Of a stretch of DNA of 64,000 nucleotides, positions 28,734-40,024 are shown piece by piece. How positions within the stretch are numbered: position 1 is the first letter of the stretch; each line of letters starts with the position of its first letter. Source of the stretch: an uncultured Alphaproteobacteria bacterium (GTDB lineage: Bacteria > Pseudomonadota > Alphaproteobacteria > RF32 > CAG-239); assembly GCA_910576955.1 (NCBI GenBank), contig CAJTJB010000005.1:2844-66843 (forward strand), read 5' to 3'. The notes under the pieces are model-generated. The model ran no database searches. It saw only the letters and a list, made by a program, of their open reading frames with translations, and was not told the origin of the DNA. Position numbers and translations under genes: made by a program.

Positions 28734-31337
28734 ATGTCTTATAAACAAGAACAAGGTTTAGACAAGCAGTTTAATGCTGAAGAAATTGAAAAACGCTGCG
28801 ATGCATATTGGGGCGCAAACGAAATCTATAAATATGACGCCAAACAAAGCCGTGACAATAGCTTTATGATTGATACCCCGCCGCCCACCGTTTCCGGTTC
28901 TTTGCATATCGGGCATATTTTCAGCTACACCCAAACCGACATCATCGCCCGCTACCAGAGAATGCAGGGCAAAGCGGTGTTTTACCCCATCGGCTGGGAT
29001 GATAACGGTTTGCCGACCGAGCGCCGTGTTCAAAACTACTATAACATCACCTGCAACCCCAAAGTTGCTTATGACCCGAATTTCAAACCGGTTCATATCG
29101 AAAACAGCAAAGACGAACGCAAAGAAATCTCGCGTAAAAACTTTATTGAGGCTTGCGAAACCCTAACCGCCGAAGACGAAAAGATTTTTGAAAACGTTTT
29201 CCGCCGTATCGGACACTCTTATGACTGGAATTTGACTTATTCCACCATCAGCCCCAAATCAATCAAACTTTCACAGCAATCTTTCCTCGATTTATATAAA
29301 AAAGGCAAACTCCTCGCCGTTGAAGCCCCGATTATGTGGGATGTCACATTCAAATCTGCCGTTTCCCAAGCCGAAGTGGAAGATAAAGAAATGGAAGGCT
29401 TTTTCCACGATATTCGTTTTAGCGTTAAAGACAGCAACGAAACCTTTACTATCGCCACCACCCGTCCGGAATTGTTAGCCGCCTGCTTGGCAATTGTGGC
29501 TCATCCGGATGACGAACGCTATAAACACCTTTTCGGCAAAACAGCCATTGTGCCGCTGTTTGATATTCCTGTTCCGATTGTTCCGTCCGAACACGCCGAA
29601 AAAGACAAAGGAACCGGCATTATGATGGTTTGCACTTTTGGCGACGCCGCAGACGTTGCATGGTGGAAAAAATCCGGTATGCCGATTAAACAAATTATCG
29701 GAATGGATGGCAAAATTTTAAACATCACCTACGGCGAGGGCGTGTTCACAACCTTAAACAAAGAAGAGGCTCAAAAGAACTTTAACCAGATTATCGGCTT
29801 GCCCGCACACATTGCCAAGAAAAAAGTTGCGGAAATGCTGAAAGAGCAAGGTTTCTTAATCGGCGAACCGAAAAAGATTGTTCATCCGGTTAAATTTTAC
29901 GAAAAAGGCAATTTGCCGCTCGAGTTCGTTTCTTCCCGCCAGTGGTTTATTAACCTGATGGATATGAAAGAGGAAATGCTCAAAGCCGGACGCCAAATCG
30001 AATGGCTGCCGTCTTATATGCAACACCGCTTTGAAACCTGGACAGAGGGCTTAAACCAAGACTGGTGCATCAGCCGCCAGCGCTATTTCGGCGTTCCGTT
30101 CCCTGTTTGGTACAAAGTGGATGCCAACGGCAATATTGATTACAACAGCATTATCCTGCCTGATGAAAGCCAATTGCCGATAGACCCGATGGCAGACGTA
30201 CCTGCAGGCTACACCGAAGCACAACGCAACCAGCCAAACGGTTTTGCCGGCGATACGGACGTTATGGATACTTGGGCAACATCTTCCCTGACCCCGCAAA
30301 TTGCCTTGGCACAAGCTGAAGAGGGCTCAAACCTTTCTATGCCGTTTGATATTCGCCCGCAGGCGCACGACATCATCCGCACATGGGCGTTTTACACCGT
30401 TGCCAAAAGCTTAATGCACGAAAACACTATCCCGTGGTATAAAACGCTCATCAGCGGTTTTATTCTCGACCCGGACCGCAAAAAAATGAGCAAATCCAAA
30501 GGAAACGTTGTTACCCCGATGCACCTGATTGAAAACCACTCGGCAGATGCCGTCCGCTATTGGGCAGCCAAAGCCAAACTGGGCGCCGACACGGCTTTTG
30601 AAGAAAAAATGATGCAGCAAGGGCGCAAACTCGTTGTGAAAATCTACAATGCCAGCAAGTTTGTGTTTATGATTGTCGGCAACTCAACTTCTGCCGATTA
30701 TACCAAAGACATCACAAACACGCTTGATAAATCTTGGGTTAAAAAACTTGCCGATACCGTTAAAGCTGCCAAACAGAGCTTTGAAAACTTTGACTATTCT
30801 TTGGCATTAGACGCCATTGAAACCCGTTTCTGGGATTTCTGCGACAACTATGTTGAGATTGTTAAAAAGCGTGCTTACTCCGAAGACAACGCCTCCGCAA
30901 TCGCCACATTAAAGCTTTCACTTGATACCTTTATCAAACTGTTAGCGCCGTTCTGCCCGTTTATCACCGAAGAGGTTTATCAAGCCCGCCCGTGGAAACA
31001 GGCTGCCGATATTTCCGTCCACAAAGAACTTTGGACACCACTAAACGGTTTGGCTGATTTTGCGGCAACGGATTCGCTGTTATATGACACAACCTCTGCT
31101 GTTTCAACTGAAATCCGCAAGCAAAAAACAATAGAAAACAAATCGCAGAAAAACCCCGTCTTAAGCTTAACCATCAAAGCAAACGAAAAGACTATCGCTT
31201 GCTTAAAAGCTAACGACAGCGATTTGCTAAACGTGGGAAACATTGTTGAAAACGGTATTTCTTACGAACCGGCACAAGAACTCTTAATCGAAAATATCAA
31301 ACTCGATCAAGATTTTGTTCCGGAAAAGAAAAAATAA
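28734..31337 (+). CDS. valS: Valine--tRNA ligase (short 876-aa form)
   Basis: Start at MSYKQEQ; HIGH motif GSLHIGHIFSYT; KMSKS motif KKMSKSKGN; no long C-terminal coiled coil. Confidence 0.95.
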   Translation: MSYKQEQGLDKQFNAEEIEKRCDAYWGANEIYKYDAKQSRDNSFMIDTPPPTVSGSLHIGHIFSYTQTDIIARYQRMQGKAVFYPIGWDDNGLPTERRVQNYYNITCNPKVAYDPNFKPVHIENSKDERKEISRKNFIEACETLTAEDEKIFENVFRRIGHSYDWNLTYSTISPKSIKLSQQSFLDLYKKGKLLAVEAPIMWDVTFKSAVSQAEVEDKEMEGFFHDIRFSVKDSNETFTIATTRPELLAACLAIVAHPDDERYKHLFGKTAIVPLFDIPVPIVPSEHAEKDKGTGIMMVCTFGDAADVAWWKKSGMPIKQIIGMDGKILNITYGEGVFTTLNKEEAQKNFNQIIGLPAHIAKKKVAEMLKEQGFLIGEPKKIVHPVKFYEKGNLPLEFVSSRQWFINLMDMKEEMLKAGRQIEWLPSYMQHRFETWTEGLNQDWCISRQRYFGVPFPVWYKVDANGNIDYNSIILPDESQLPIDPMADVPAGYTEAQRNQPNGFAGDTDVMDTWATSSLTPQIALAQAEEGSNLSMPFDIRPQAHDIIRTWAFYTVAKSLMHENTIPWYKTLISGFILDPDRKKMSKSKGNVVTPMHLIENHSADAVRYWAAKAKLGADTAFEEKMMQQGRKLVVKIYNASKFVFMIVGNSTSADYTKDITNTLDKSWVKKLADTVKAAKQSFENFDYSLALDAIETRFWDFCDNYVEIVKKRAYSEDNASAIATLKLSLDTFIKLLAPFCPFITEEVYQARPWKQAADISVHKELWTPLNGLADFAATDSLLYDTTSAVSTEIRKQKTIENKSQKNPVLSLTIKANEKTIACLKANDSDLLNVGNIVENGISYEPAQELLIENIKLDQDFVPEKKK

Positions 31338-31352
31338 AATATAAAAACGAAA

Positions 31353-31380
31353 AACCCCGCTCCTCCGGCGGGGTTATATT
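31353..31380. terminator. Bidirectional rho-independent terminator between valS and the Smr gene
   Basis: Hairpin aaccccgc-tcctccg-gcggggtt flanked by A-rich and T-rich runs, between convergent genes. Confidence 0.65.
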
Positions 31381-31908
31381 TTATCTCTGTTTTTTCCTTA
31401 ACAAAATATACAAAGCCCCTGCCCCGCCCATCGATTCGGACGGATTCTTAAACGCAAGAATAAGCGGGCTGATTTCTGACTTTGATAACCACTCGGGAAC
31501 AGCCTTGCGCAAAACACCTTTGCCGCTGAAAGGCACGTCATCCCATCCTTTTCCTGTCACAATCAAGATGCACCGCTTGCCGCAATTATACGCTTGTTTC
31601 ACAAAGTCGCACACTTGTTCAAAAGCCGCCTTTTCCGTCACTCCGTGTAAATCAAGCGTTGCCTCAACCTTATAAACTTCCCGCTTAAAACGCTTTGCCA
31701 ATGCGCCATCCATTTGCGAAAAATCATCTTTTACAACGTTTTTGCCGCTTTTTAACACATCAAAAGTAACCGTTGTCACCTTATCGCGCCGCAATTCAAT
31801 CTCTTTAGGAATAATCTCTTCTGTATGCCGATTCGTCTTAAGGCGTCGAACCCCTTTGACAGCCTCTTGCCAACTTTCATCTTCAGTCATAAACTTTGAC
31901 CTCGGCAT
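31381..31908 (-). CDS. Smr-domain protein (MutS2 C-terminal-like endonuclease domain)
   Basis: 175 aa; Smr motif LDLHGVTEKAAFEQV...ILIVTGKG. Confidence 0.7.
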   Translation of the reverse strand: MPRSKFMTEDESWQEAVKGVRRLKTNRHTEEIIPKEIELRRDKVTTVTFDVLKSGKNVVKDDFSQMDGALAKRFKREVYKVEATLDLHGVTEKAAFEQVCDFVKQAYNCGKRCILIVTGKGWDDVPFSGKGVLRKAVPEWLSKSEISPLILAFKNPSESMGGAGALYILLRKKQR

Positions 31909-33058
31909 TTTTCGGCAATAAAATAAAATAACGCCCTTTAGAATTCATCCGTCCCGCACAGTCAAAAGCCTCTTCGCCGTGCCCCCAAAAATAATCGCCG
32001 CGCACGCCGCCTTTTATTGCTCCGCCCACATCTTCCGCCATTACAAGCTTATTAAGAAGAATATTGTCCGGACCAGTCGTTTCCAACCACATCATAGAGC
32101 CGAGCGGAATATAGTCTTTGTCAACAGCCAAACTTCTTCCCGCAATCAACGGCAGCCCCATTGCACCCAGCGGACCATCAGCCTCGACGATTTTGTGAAA
32201 AATATATCGGTCATTAAGCAACATATTCTTTTTTGCCGATTCGCCATTGCCTTTAAGCCATTCGCGAATTTTCGGCATTGAAGCATCACCTCGCTTAATC
32301 AGCCCCTTCTCTAACAAAATTGACCCGATTCCCCGAAACCTATGTCCGTTATTATCTGCATACCCGACACGAATTTGCCGTCCGTCAGGCAATGTTGCCA
32401 CTGCCGCGCCCTGAATTTGCATAATATATATATCAACCGGATCATCTCCCCACAAAATAACCGGAGCATCCAACTTACCTGCATCAACTTCTTTGCGGGT
32501 ATAATATTTTATCAGTTTACCATCTTTCACCCGCCCGACCAAGCGCTGATTAGGGAGCTTGGCATCAAAATCCCGCAAATTGATTTCCACCAAATCATTC
32601 GGTTTGCCATATATCGGGAATTGATATTTTCCGCCGCGTTCAAAGCTAGCTTTTAATTCCGCCTCATAGTATGATGTAAACTTCCCGTCTGCGCTGCCGT
32701 TAACCACCACCGCATACGGCACGAAACTCCGCTCAATATACGATTTTAAATCTTTACCGGATAATGCTGCCATCTTCCGGCAATGCCCCTGATAAGCGCT
32801 TAAAGAATATTCAAAATAACTGCTTTTAACCTTTTTCTGTGTTTTCTTTTCCATCACGGCGCAAACATCTTTTAACGCCTTGCCAAATGAGCCTATCTCT
32901 TCGCCTTGCCAGTTTTTTAAAGCAGAAAAGCTGCTTTTTTGCAGCTCAAAATGTTTCACATTCGCAGGCATTTCACCCGTATCTTCCCCCCGGCAGGAAG
33001 CGAGTAACACCAAGATAAAAAATAAAAGTACACGTCTTAACATTTTTTCGTCGAACAC
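31883..33058 (-). CDS. mltA: Membrane-bound lytic murein transglycosylase A
   Basis: 391 aa; lipoprotein-type signal (LLASC); MltA-specific and 3D-domain motifs (LAVDKDYIPLGSMMWLETT, DYFWGHGEEA). Confidence 0.8.
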   Translation of the reverse strand: MFDEKMLRRVLLFFILVLLASCRGEDTGEMPANVKHFELQKSSFSALKNWQGEEIGSFGKALKDVCAVMEKKTQKKVKSSYFEYSLSAYQGHCRKMAALSGKDLKSYIERSFVPYAVVVNGSADGKFTSYYEAELKASFERGGKYQFPIYGKPNDLVEINLRDFDAKLPNQRLVGRVKDGKLIKYYTRKEVDAGKLDAPVILWGDDPVDIYIMQIQGAAVATLPDGRQIRVGYADNNGHRFRGIGSILLEKGLIKRGDASMPKIREWLKGNGESAKKNMLLNDRYIFHKIVEADGPLGAMGLPLIAGRSLAVDKDYIPLGSMMWLETTGPDNILLNKLVMAEDVGGAIKGGVRGDYFWGHGEEAFDCAGRMNSKGRYFILLPKNAEVKVYD

Positions 33059-33678
33059 AGTAACCAGTTGTTAATTTTAGGGTTCAAACTCTTTTCAAAT
33101 GTCCATACATCGGAAATCGTCTGAACATAATTTTCATCACCCTCAATAATATCTCCATCGGCATTTTTCAAAAGATTAACCTGTTCACTGACAAATTTGA
33201 CAATCAGATTAACTTTTTCATTATCCACAAAATTAACCGATTCGATTTCCGTTTCTACAAAACTGATTAAATCCGATTCGGTCACAATTCCATTTTGCTT
33301 GCGTTCGTTAATCACCTTTTCGATTCGTTTTAACAGCTCTTTATTCACCAACATTGATAATGTTTTAACATCTCCCTTGCTAAACGCGGCAAGAATAGTT
33401 TCAAACGCTCTTTGCGCACCTTTAATAAATAACTTTTTGTTAAAATTCGGTATTTTAATTAGCTCCTTGTCAAGCGGAGATAATAACGAAATATCAGCAG
33501 GTTCGGCAGATTCGTCAAGCGAATGTTTACGGAGTTCTCTATACACCTTATCAAAGTGCTCTTTCGGAATCATTATAACTTTGGTATCATCCGCCCCTGT
33601 CCCCAACACGCTCTTGAGTTTGCTGAAAATAACCAAAACCAAAACCAGTAAAAATATAATATCCAAATATCCTGACAT
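33037..33678 (-). CDS. Tim44-like domain protein (membrane-anchored)
   Basis: 213 aa; N-terminal TM helix IIFLLVLVLVIF; C-terminal Tim44-like region; position next to secB as in alphaproteobacteria. Confidence 0.55.
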   Translation of the reverse strand: MSGYLDIIFLLVLVLVIFSKLKSVLGTGADDTKVIMIPKEHFDKVYRELRKHSLDESAEPADISLLSPLDKELIKIPNFNKKLFIKGAQRAFETILAAFSKGDVKTLSMLVNKELLKRIEKVINERKQNGIVTESDLISFVETEIESVNFVDNEKVNLIVKFVSEQVNLLKNADGDIIEGDENYVQTISDVWTFEKSLNPKINNWLLCSTKKC

Positions 33679-33808
33679 TTTCCTTTAACCTCTGTTATGT
33701 TTAACATAAATATAGCTCAAATATCTTTATTATCAACTATTATATTTGACGTATAAAAATAAAACCCTATATTATAATCGAAAGAATATTTCAGAAAGGA
33801 TATAAAAA

Positions 33809-34252
33809 ATGGCAAATACGCAAGAAACTCCCGAATTGGCAATAACTATGCAATACATTAAAGATATGTCGCTGGAAATTCCGCACGCACCGCAAATCTT
33901 TACAAAACTAAACACACAGCCCAAATTAAATATAGATTTAAATATCGATGCCAACAAAATTGCTCAAAACCAATACGAAGTCATCCTTAACCTTCGAATT
34001 AACGCCGACATTGAAAATGAAAAACTGTTTATTTTTGAGTTAGCTTATGCGGCAGGTTGCCACGCAACAATACCGGAAGAACAAATGGAAACAGCCCTCT
34101 TTATCGAAATTCCGACACTGTTATTCCCGTATGCCCGCCAAATCGTTTCTTCAAACTTATCCGAAGCGGGAATGCCGCCGCTTATGCTTGCCCCGGTAGA
34201 TTTTGCCGCTGTTTATAGAAACAAAAAAGCGCAAGAATCAAAGGTAAACTAA
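33809..34252 (+). CDS. secB: Protein-export chaperone SecB
   Basis: 147 aa; conserved SecB stretches LLFPYARQIVSS and LAPVDFAAVY. Confidence 0.8.
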   Translation: MANTQETPELAITMQYIKDMSLEIPHAPQIFTKLNTQPKLNIDLNIDANKIAQNQYEVILNLRINADIENEKLFIFELAYAAGCHATIPEEQMETALFIEIPTLLFPYARQIVSSNLSEAGMPPLMLAPVDFAAVYRNKKAQESKVN

Positions 34253-34253
34253 A

Positions 34254-34730
34254 ATGAGATTAGCGCTTTTTCAACCCGATATTCCGCAAAATACCGGCAC
34301 ATTGCTGCGCTTGGGCGCGTGCTTGGATTTGCCTTTGGATATCATTGAACCCTGCGGTTTTATCTTTAATGAAAAAGCAATGAAACGAGCCGGTATGGAC
34401 TATTTGCATATGGCTTCATACCGGCGTCATAATTCTTGGGAAGATTTTTTAGCATACCGCACCGCTCACCCTGAAGAATATGGCAGAATAATTCTCCTGA
34501 CAACCCACGCCAGCGAGCCGTATACAAACTTTAAATTCAATCCCAACGATATTATATTGATGGGCAGAGAAAGCGCCGGTGTTCCCGAAGCCGTACACCA
34601 AATGGCAGATTCCCGCCTTTTAATACCGATGAATCAAAACGCGCGCTCCATAAACGTTGCCGTTTCTGCCGTGATGGTCATCGGCGAAGCCCTGCGTCAA
34701 ACAAATTTATTTCCTAAAGCATTAAAATAG
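34254..34730 (+). CDS. trmL: tRNA (cytidine/uridine-2'-O)-methyltransferase TrmL (SpoU family)
   Basis: 158 aa; SpoU-TrmH motifs FQPDIPQNTGTLLR and GRESAGVPE. Confidence 0.8.
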   Translation: MRLALFQPDIPQNTGTLLRLGACLDLPLDIIEPCGFIFNEKAMKRAGMDYLHMASYRRHNSWEDFLAYRTAHPEEYGRIILLTTHASEPYTNFKFNPNDIILMGRESAGVPEAVHQMADSRLLIPMNQNARSINVAVSAVMVIGEALRQTNLFPKALK

Positions 34731-34859
34731 CGTTATTTTTAAAAATATTTAAAAATTTTTTAAATTTTTTTCATTTTAGGTATAGATTTGTTCTGAAAAA
34801 TGTGATATAGTCACAGCGTTTTCATAATAACGCATTACACATCAGGAGGTTTATCCACA

Positions 34860-35369
34860 ATGAAAAAAAGCCCAGTTGTCAGTTTCAGCTCTGGAGAATA
34901 TGTCGTTTACCCCACCCACGGTGTTGGCAAAGTAACCAACATTGCCAAACAAACCATCGCCGGCAGCGAGTTAGAATTATTAGTCGTTAATTTTGACAAA
35001 GACAAAATGACTCTTCGCGTACCGATGGCAAAGTTAGACAAGGTTGGATTGCGTAAAATCTCTGACGACATCACCATGAAAGAAGCTCTTGCCACTTTAA
35101 AAGGCAAACCGAGAGTAAAGAAAATTATGTGGTCCAGACGCGCCCAGGAATACGAAAACAAAATCAACTCCGGCAACCCGATTGCCGTTGCAGAGGTTAT
35201 CCGCGACTTATACCGCAATGAAAATCTGGCAGAACAATCATACAGCGAACGCCAAATATACGAACACGCTGTTGAACGTTTAGCCAGCGAAGTTGCCGTA
35301 TACGAAAACACATCTATTGAAGAAGCCAGCAAAAAATTACTGGAAACCGTGTCAAGTCGCAATTTCTAA
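34860..35369 (+). CDS. cdnL: CarD/CdnL-family RNAP-binding transcriptional regulator
   Basis: 169 aa; CarD_CdnL_TRCF N-terminal domain YVVYPTHGVGKV...LRVPM. Confidence 0.85.
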   Translation: MKKSPVVSFSSGEYVVYPTHGVGKVTNIAKQTIAGSELELLVVNFDKDKMTLRVPMAKLDKVGLRKISDDITMKEALATLKGKPRVKKIMWSRRAQEYENKINSGNPIAVAEVIRDLYRNENLAEQSYSERQIYEHAVERLASEVAVYENTSIEEASKKLLETVSSRNF

Positions 35370-35388
35370 AATATAACCAAAACGACTA

Positions 35389-35418
35389 AAAGATGGCTCA
35401 ATGCCATCTTTTTTTTAC
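35389..35418 (+). terminator. Rho-independent terminator after cdnL
   Basis: Hairpin agatggc-tcaat-gccatct followed by T8. Confidence 0.7.
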
Positions 35419-35469
35419 TTTAAAATCATTTTCCCGTTCCGAGTCCCTCATTAATCTTCCTTAACTCGG

Positions 35470-35501
35470 AGCATATAAAAAGCCCCTCAAACGAGGGGCT
35501 C
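35470..35501 (-). terminator. Rho-independent terminator after the parvulin PPIase gene
   Basis: On the minus strand, hairpin agcccctc-gttt-gaggggct followed by UUUUUA. Confidence 0.6.
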
Positions 35502-35519
35502 TGATTTACAAAAACAAAA

Positions 35520-36368
35520 CTATTTCTTTTCAGGAATAACTTCGCCTTCCAAAGTATATCTTTCAACTTTGGCATTATTGCGCAAATCTTCAAAGATTTC
35601 AGCAATAACTTGCTGTGTTACCATATTTTTAAGTTGCGGCTCAACATCTTTAAGCTCTAACGGCTTTGATGCTCTTACGTCTTCAACCAAAATTACATGA
35701 TAACCGAATTCCGTTTTAACCGGAGTTTTAGAATAAGCGCCTTTGTTCATGCTAAATGCAGCTTTAGAAAATTCCGGAACCATCATTTCTTGGGTAAAAT
35801 ATCCCAAATCAACCTGATCTTTAGAATATTCTTTAGCTAATTTAACAAAGTCTTCGCCTTTTTTCAACTTGTTAATAACTTCTTTTGCCGTATCTTCAGA
35901 ATCAACCAAGATATGTTTTGCCTTGATTTCTTTTTGGCTTTCAAATTTGGAAACATATTCGTCATACAACTTCTTAACGGCCGCATCATTAACTTTTTCA
36001 TCCACCATTTTTTCCAAATACAATTTGCGAGCCAAATCTTCTTTTGCTGTTACCAACTGTCTTTGGTATTCCGGTGTTTCTTCAATTTTTGCTTTTTGTG
36101 CTGCCTGATATACCAATTTGCTGTTTACAAAAACATCAAGCGTTTTAGCATAAAACTCTTCAAACGACACTCTGTCTTTGATTTGCGGATGATCGGCATA
36201 GCTTTGTTTCAAATCGTTTATATATACGGTTTCGCCGTTAATTTTAGCTGCAACGCCTTTATCACCGCCGGCATTTGCATTATAAACCTTAAATGACACA
36301 AAAGATGCAACGGCAACAACAACTACTGCCACGGCAGAAATTGTAAAACCAACTAATCTTTTTTTCAT
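35520..36368 (-). CDS. Peptidyl-prolyl isomerase, PpiC/parvulin type (SurA/PpiD-like periplasmic chaperone)
   Basis: Start at MKKRL; N-terminal TM anchor; SurA-like chaperone region; parvulin domain AKHILV...GYHVILVED. Confidence 0.75.
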   Translation of the reverse strand: MKKRLVGFTISAVAVVVVAVASFVSFKVYNANAGGDKGVAAKINGETVYINDLKQSYADHPQIKDRVSFEEFYAKTLDVFVNSKLVYQAAQKAKIEETPEYQRQLVTAKEDLARKLYLEKMVDEKVNDAAVKKLYDEYVSKFESQKEIKAKHILVDSEDTAKEVINKLKKGEDFVKLAKEYSKDQVDLGYFTQEMMVPEFSKAAFSMNKGAYSKTPVKTEFGYHVILVEDVRASKPLELKDVEPQLKNMVTQQVIAEIFEDLRNNAKVERYTLEGEVIPEKK

Positions 36369-36538
36369 AAATACCTCCAAAATAAAAAAGTTTTTTTATA
36401 CTCATCTATTCATATAAACTGATTTATAAAATATTCCAAGTATTTTTTATTTGGCGTTTATAACTTTTGTTGATAGTATTGACTTTATTCCATATAAACA
36501 CTAAATGTAGCATAAAAGGTAATATAAAAGGTAAAAAA

Positions 36539-39232
36539 ATGTTAACAGATATCGCACGCAAAATTTTTGGCTCTGCCAACGACCGCTTTGTAAAAAAACA
36601 ATCGAAAATCATCGAACAAATTAACGCCTTGGAAAAAAGTTTTACAGAACTTTCCGATGAAGAATTGAAAAATAAAACGCTGGAGTTCCGCACCCGCTTA
36701 AAAGACGGCGAAACTTTAGACGATATTCTTCCCGAGGCCTTTGCTGCCGTACGCGAGGCTGCTAAAAGAACACTGGGGCAACGCCATTATGATGTCCAGC
36801 TCATCGGCGGTATTGTTTTACATAAAGGGATGATTTCGGAAATGAAAACTGGCGAGGGCAAAACGCTGGTTGCCACTCTGGCTGCTTATTTAAATGCCAT
36901 TGAACAAAAAGGCGTACATATCGTAACCGTCAATGACTACCTCGCAAAGCGCGATGCCGAATGGATGGGACAGGTTTACCGCTTTTTAGGGCTCACAGTT
37001 GACTACATTGTCCACGAAAAAACGGACGAAGAGCGTAAAGCCGCTTATAACGCCGACATTACCTACGGCACAAACAATGAATTAGGGTTTGACTATCTGC
37101 GGGATAATATGAAATTTTCTTTAGATGAACGCGTCCAAAGGGATTTCAACTTTGCAATCGTCGACGAGGTCGATTCGATTCTTATTGACGAAGCCAGAAC
37201 ACCGCTGATTATTTCCGGTGCAGCCGAAGATTCTTCTGAAAAATATATCTTGGTCAACAACATTATTAAAAATATCAACGGTAACGACTACGAAAAAGAT
37301 GAGAAAGCCAAAAACGTCACCTTAACCGAACTCGGAATGGAACACGTTGAAAAGCTGCTGAAAGAGGCAGGTTTAATTACTGAAGGCGGTTTATATGACA
37401 TCAAAAACGTACCATTAGTCAACCACGTTAATCAAGCGCTGCGTGCAAACGTAATGTTTACCAAAGATGTCGATTACCTCGTCAGAGATAATAAAGTTCT
37501 GATTATTGATGAATTTACCGGCAGAATTATGGAAGGCCGCCGTTACAGCGATGGTCTGCATCAGGCATTAGAAGCCAAAGAAGGGGTTGAGATTCAGTCT
37601 GAAAACCAGACTCTTGCCTCAATCACTTTCCAAAACTATTTCCGTTTATATCCCAAATTAGCCGGTATGACCGGAACGGCAATGACGGAAGAGGCAGAAT
37701 TTTGCGATATTTATAATTTATCTTGCGTAGAAATTCCGACCAACCGACCGATTCTCCGCAAAGACGAGCATGACTGCATCTACCGTACGGAAAAAGAAAA
37801 ATATAAGGCGATTATTGACACCATTAAAGAATGTCACGCCAAAGGGCAGCCGGTTCTTGTCGGAACAACATCGGTCGAAAAATCCGAAATTATCGCCCAG
37901 CTGTTAAAGCAGCAGACAGACATTGAATTTGAAGTCTTGAATGCCAAGCACCACGAACGCGAAGCAGCCATCGTTGCCGAAGCCGGAAGATACGGTGCTG
38001 TCACCATTGCAACGAATATGGCCGGTCGCGGAACAGATATTCAGCTCGGCGGCAACGCAGATGTTGCTTTAAAAAAGCGCTTAACCGGCAACGAAACACC
38101 TGCTGAAATAGAGAAATTAAAAACCGAAATTGAGGCAGAAATTGCAGAAAACAAGGAGAAAGTTTTAAAAGCCGGCGGTTTATACATTTTAGGTACGGAG
38201 CGCCACGAGAGCCGCCGTATTGATAATCAGCTGCGCGGACGTTCCGGTCGTCAGGGCGACCCCGGAACATCAAAATTTTTCCTCTCGCTTGAAGATGACC
38301 TGATGCGCATTTTCGGCTCGGAACGTATGTCTGAAGTTTTGCGCCGTTTAGGTCTGCCCGAGGGAGAAGCTCTCGTACATCCGTTTATCAGCAAGGCTTT
38401 GGAAAAAGCTCAACAAAAAGTCGAAGAACGCAACTTCGATATTCGCAAAAGTTTGTTAAAATATGATAACGTTATGAATGAACAACGCAAAGTCATTTAT
38501 GAACAGCGCAAAGAGATTATGTCCACTGATGACATCTCCGAAACGGTTATCGATATGCGCCATGATTATCTTTGTGCAATAATTTATAACAGCATCTGTT
38601 TAGGAACTCCGCCGGAAGAATGGAATGTATTGCGTTTACAGCAGGATATTTTTAATGTGACAGGGATGAATCTTCCTATTGACGAATGGGCTCAACGTCC
38701 GGAAATTACCAGCGAAGATATGGTCGAGCAGATTTTAAAAGAGGTAGATTCGCGCATTGCCGCCAAAAATGCCGGCATTCCCGAAAGCATTATCCGCTTG
38801 GTTGAAAAAAGCATTGTGTTGCAAACATTAGACCAATTATGGAAAGAGCACATCGCCACGCTGGATTTAATGCGCCACACTATTGTTTTGCGTGCATACG
38901 GACAAAAAGACCCGCTTAACGAATACAAACGCGAAGCCTTTAATATGTTTTCCGATATGCTGGATATATTAAAAGAAAAGATTACGACCGTAATCTGCCA
39001 CGCAACCATCCAACAAAACAGTGTGCGGGATGTTAAAGAGCAAGAACAGCGGATGCAAAACCAAAAAACAGAGGCAGTTCACGAAACTTTCGGAGAGCGA
39101 CCTTCCGTCGCGCCTGAAAACAAATCTTCCGCATCTATTGAAAAACCGGAATGGAACAACATCTCCCGCAACAGTCCCTGCCCTTGCGGAAGCGGCAAAA
39201 AATATAAACATTGCCACGGAAAAGTTGCTTAA
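36539..39232 (+). CDS. secA: Preprotein translocase ATPase SecA
   Basis: Start at [12 protein letters not shown]; DEAD-like motor motifs; C-terminal zinc-binding [14 protein letters not shown]. Confidence 0.95.
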   Translation: MLTDIARKIFGSANDRFVKKQSKIIEQINALEKSFTELSDEELKNKTLEFRTRLKDGETLDDILPEAFAAVREAAKRTLGQRHYDVQLIGGIVLHKGMISEMKTGEGKTLVATLAAYLNAIEQKGVHIVTVNDYLAKRDAEWMGQVYRFLGLTVDYIVHEKTDEERKAAYNADITYGTNNELGFDYLRDNMKFSLDERVQRDFNFAIVDEVDSILIDEARTPLIISGAAEDSSEKYILVNNIIKNINGNDYEKDEKAKNVTLTELGMEHVEKLLKEAGLITEGGLYDIKNVPLVNHVNQALRANVMFTKDVDYLVRDNKVLIIDEFTGRIMEGRRYSDGLHQALEAKEGVEIQSENQTLASITFQNYFRLYPKLAGMTGTAMTEEAEFCDIYNLSCVEIPTNRPILRKDEHDCIYRTEKEKYKAIIDTIKECHAKGQPVLVGTTSVEKSEIIAQLLKQQTDIEFEVLNAKHHEREAAIVAEAGRYGAVTIATNMAGRGTDIQLGGNADVALKKRLTGNETPAEIEKLKTEIEAEIAENKEKVLKAGGLYILGTERHESRRIDNQLRGRSGRQGDPGTSKFFLSLEDDLMRIFGSERMSEVLRRLGLPEGEALVHPFISKALEKAQQKVEERNFDIRKSLLKYDNVMNEQRKVIYEQRKEIMSTDDISETVIDMRHDYLCAIIYNSICLGTPPEEWNVLRLQQDIFNVTGMNLPIDEWAQRPEITSEDMVEQILKEVDSRIAAKNAGIPESIIRLVEKSIVLQTLDQLWKEHIATLDLMRHTIVLRAYGQKDPLNEYKREAFNMFSDMLDILKEKITTVICHATIQQNSVRDVKEQEQRMQNQKTEAVHETFGERPSVAPENKSSASIEKPEWNNISRNSPCPCGSGKKYKHCHGKVA

Positions 39233-39244
39233 CAGGAAAGAATA

Positions 39245-40024
39245 ATGTCTGAACCTTTATTAGAAATAAAAAATCTATATGCCTCCGTCGGAGATAAAGA
39301 GATTATAAAAAACCTCAACCTGACAATCAACAAAGGTGAAGTTCATGCCATAATGGGACCTAACGGCGCCGGCAAATCTTCCCTTTCGTATGTTTTAAGC
39401 GGCAAAGACGGCTATAACGTCACCAGCGGCAGCATAACTTTTAAAGGTAAAGACCTATTATCGCAAAACACAGAAGAACGGGCTCGTAACGGTTTGTTTC
39501 TATCAATGCAATATCCCACCGAAATTCCGGGAGTTGTGGTATCAAACTTCTTGAAACAATCATTAAATTCCGTTTTAAAATCCCGCAATGAAGAAGAGCT
39601 GGATACTATTGCTTTTATGAAATTGCTGAAACAAAAAGCAGCAACATTAAATATCAGCCCGGAAATGTTAAAACGTTTTGTAAACGTCGGATTTTCCGGC
39701 GGCGAAAAAAAGCGGTTTGAAACCTTGCAAATGGCTTTATTGAAACCGGATTTCTGCATCTTGGATGAAATCGATTCGGGGCTGGATATTGATGCCCTCA
39801 AAACCGTATCAGAAGGCATCAATTCTTTACGCAACGAGCAAAATGCCTTTTTGGTAATCACCCACTATCAACGGTTATTGGAACATATTGTTCCCGATGT
39901 CATCCACATTTTTGCAGACGGGCATATTATAAAAACCGGAGATAAAACTCTGGCATCAGAACTCGAAAAATGCGGTTATGCCGATTTTATTAAAGAGGAT
40001 ACGGAATGCCAGCCTCTCCTCTGA
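39245..40024 (+). CDS. sufC: Fe-S cluster assembly ATPase SufC
   Basis: 259 aa; Walker A GPNGAGKSS; ABC signature FSGGEKKR; Walker B ILDEIDSGLD. Confidence 0.9.
   Translation: MSEPLLEIKNLYASVGDKEIIKNLNLTINKGEVHAIMGPNGAGKSSLSYVLSGKDGYNVTSGSITFKGKDLLSQNTEERARNGLFLSMQYPTEIPGVVVSNFLKQSLNSVLKSRNEEELDTIAFMKLLKQKAATLNISPEMLKRFVNVGFSGGEKKRFETLQMALLKPDFCILDEIDSGLDIDALKTVSEGINSLRNEQNAFLVITHYQRLLEHIVPDVIHIFADGHIIKTGDKTLASELEKCGYADFIKEDTECQPLL

Noticed and set aside
34846-34856. Perfect DnaA-box-like 9-mer TTATCCACA at the cdnL start, and another inside the Tim44-like CDS at about 33223
   Set aside because: These are isolated single boxes with no cluster of boxes and no adjacent AT-rich unwinding element. 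They are not credible as oriC.
36467-36538. Upstream extensions of secA, rho (57489), mnmE (60326), valS (28707) and ruvA (17067) in the ORF track
   Set aside because: The canonical N-termini of these conserved proteins begin at internal ATGs with better-placed RBS. The track ORFs simply extend to the nearest upstream stop.
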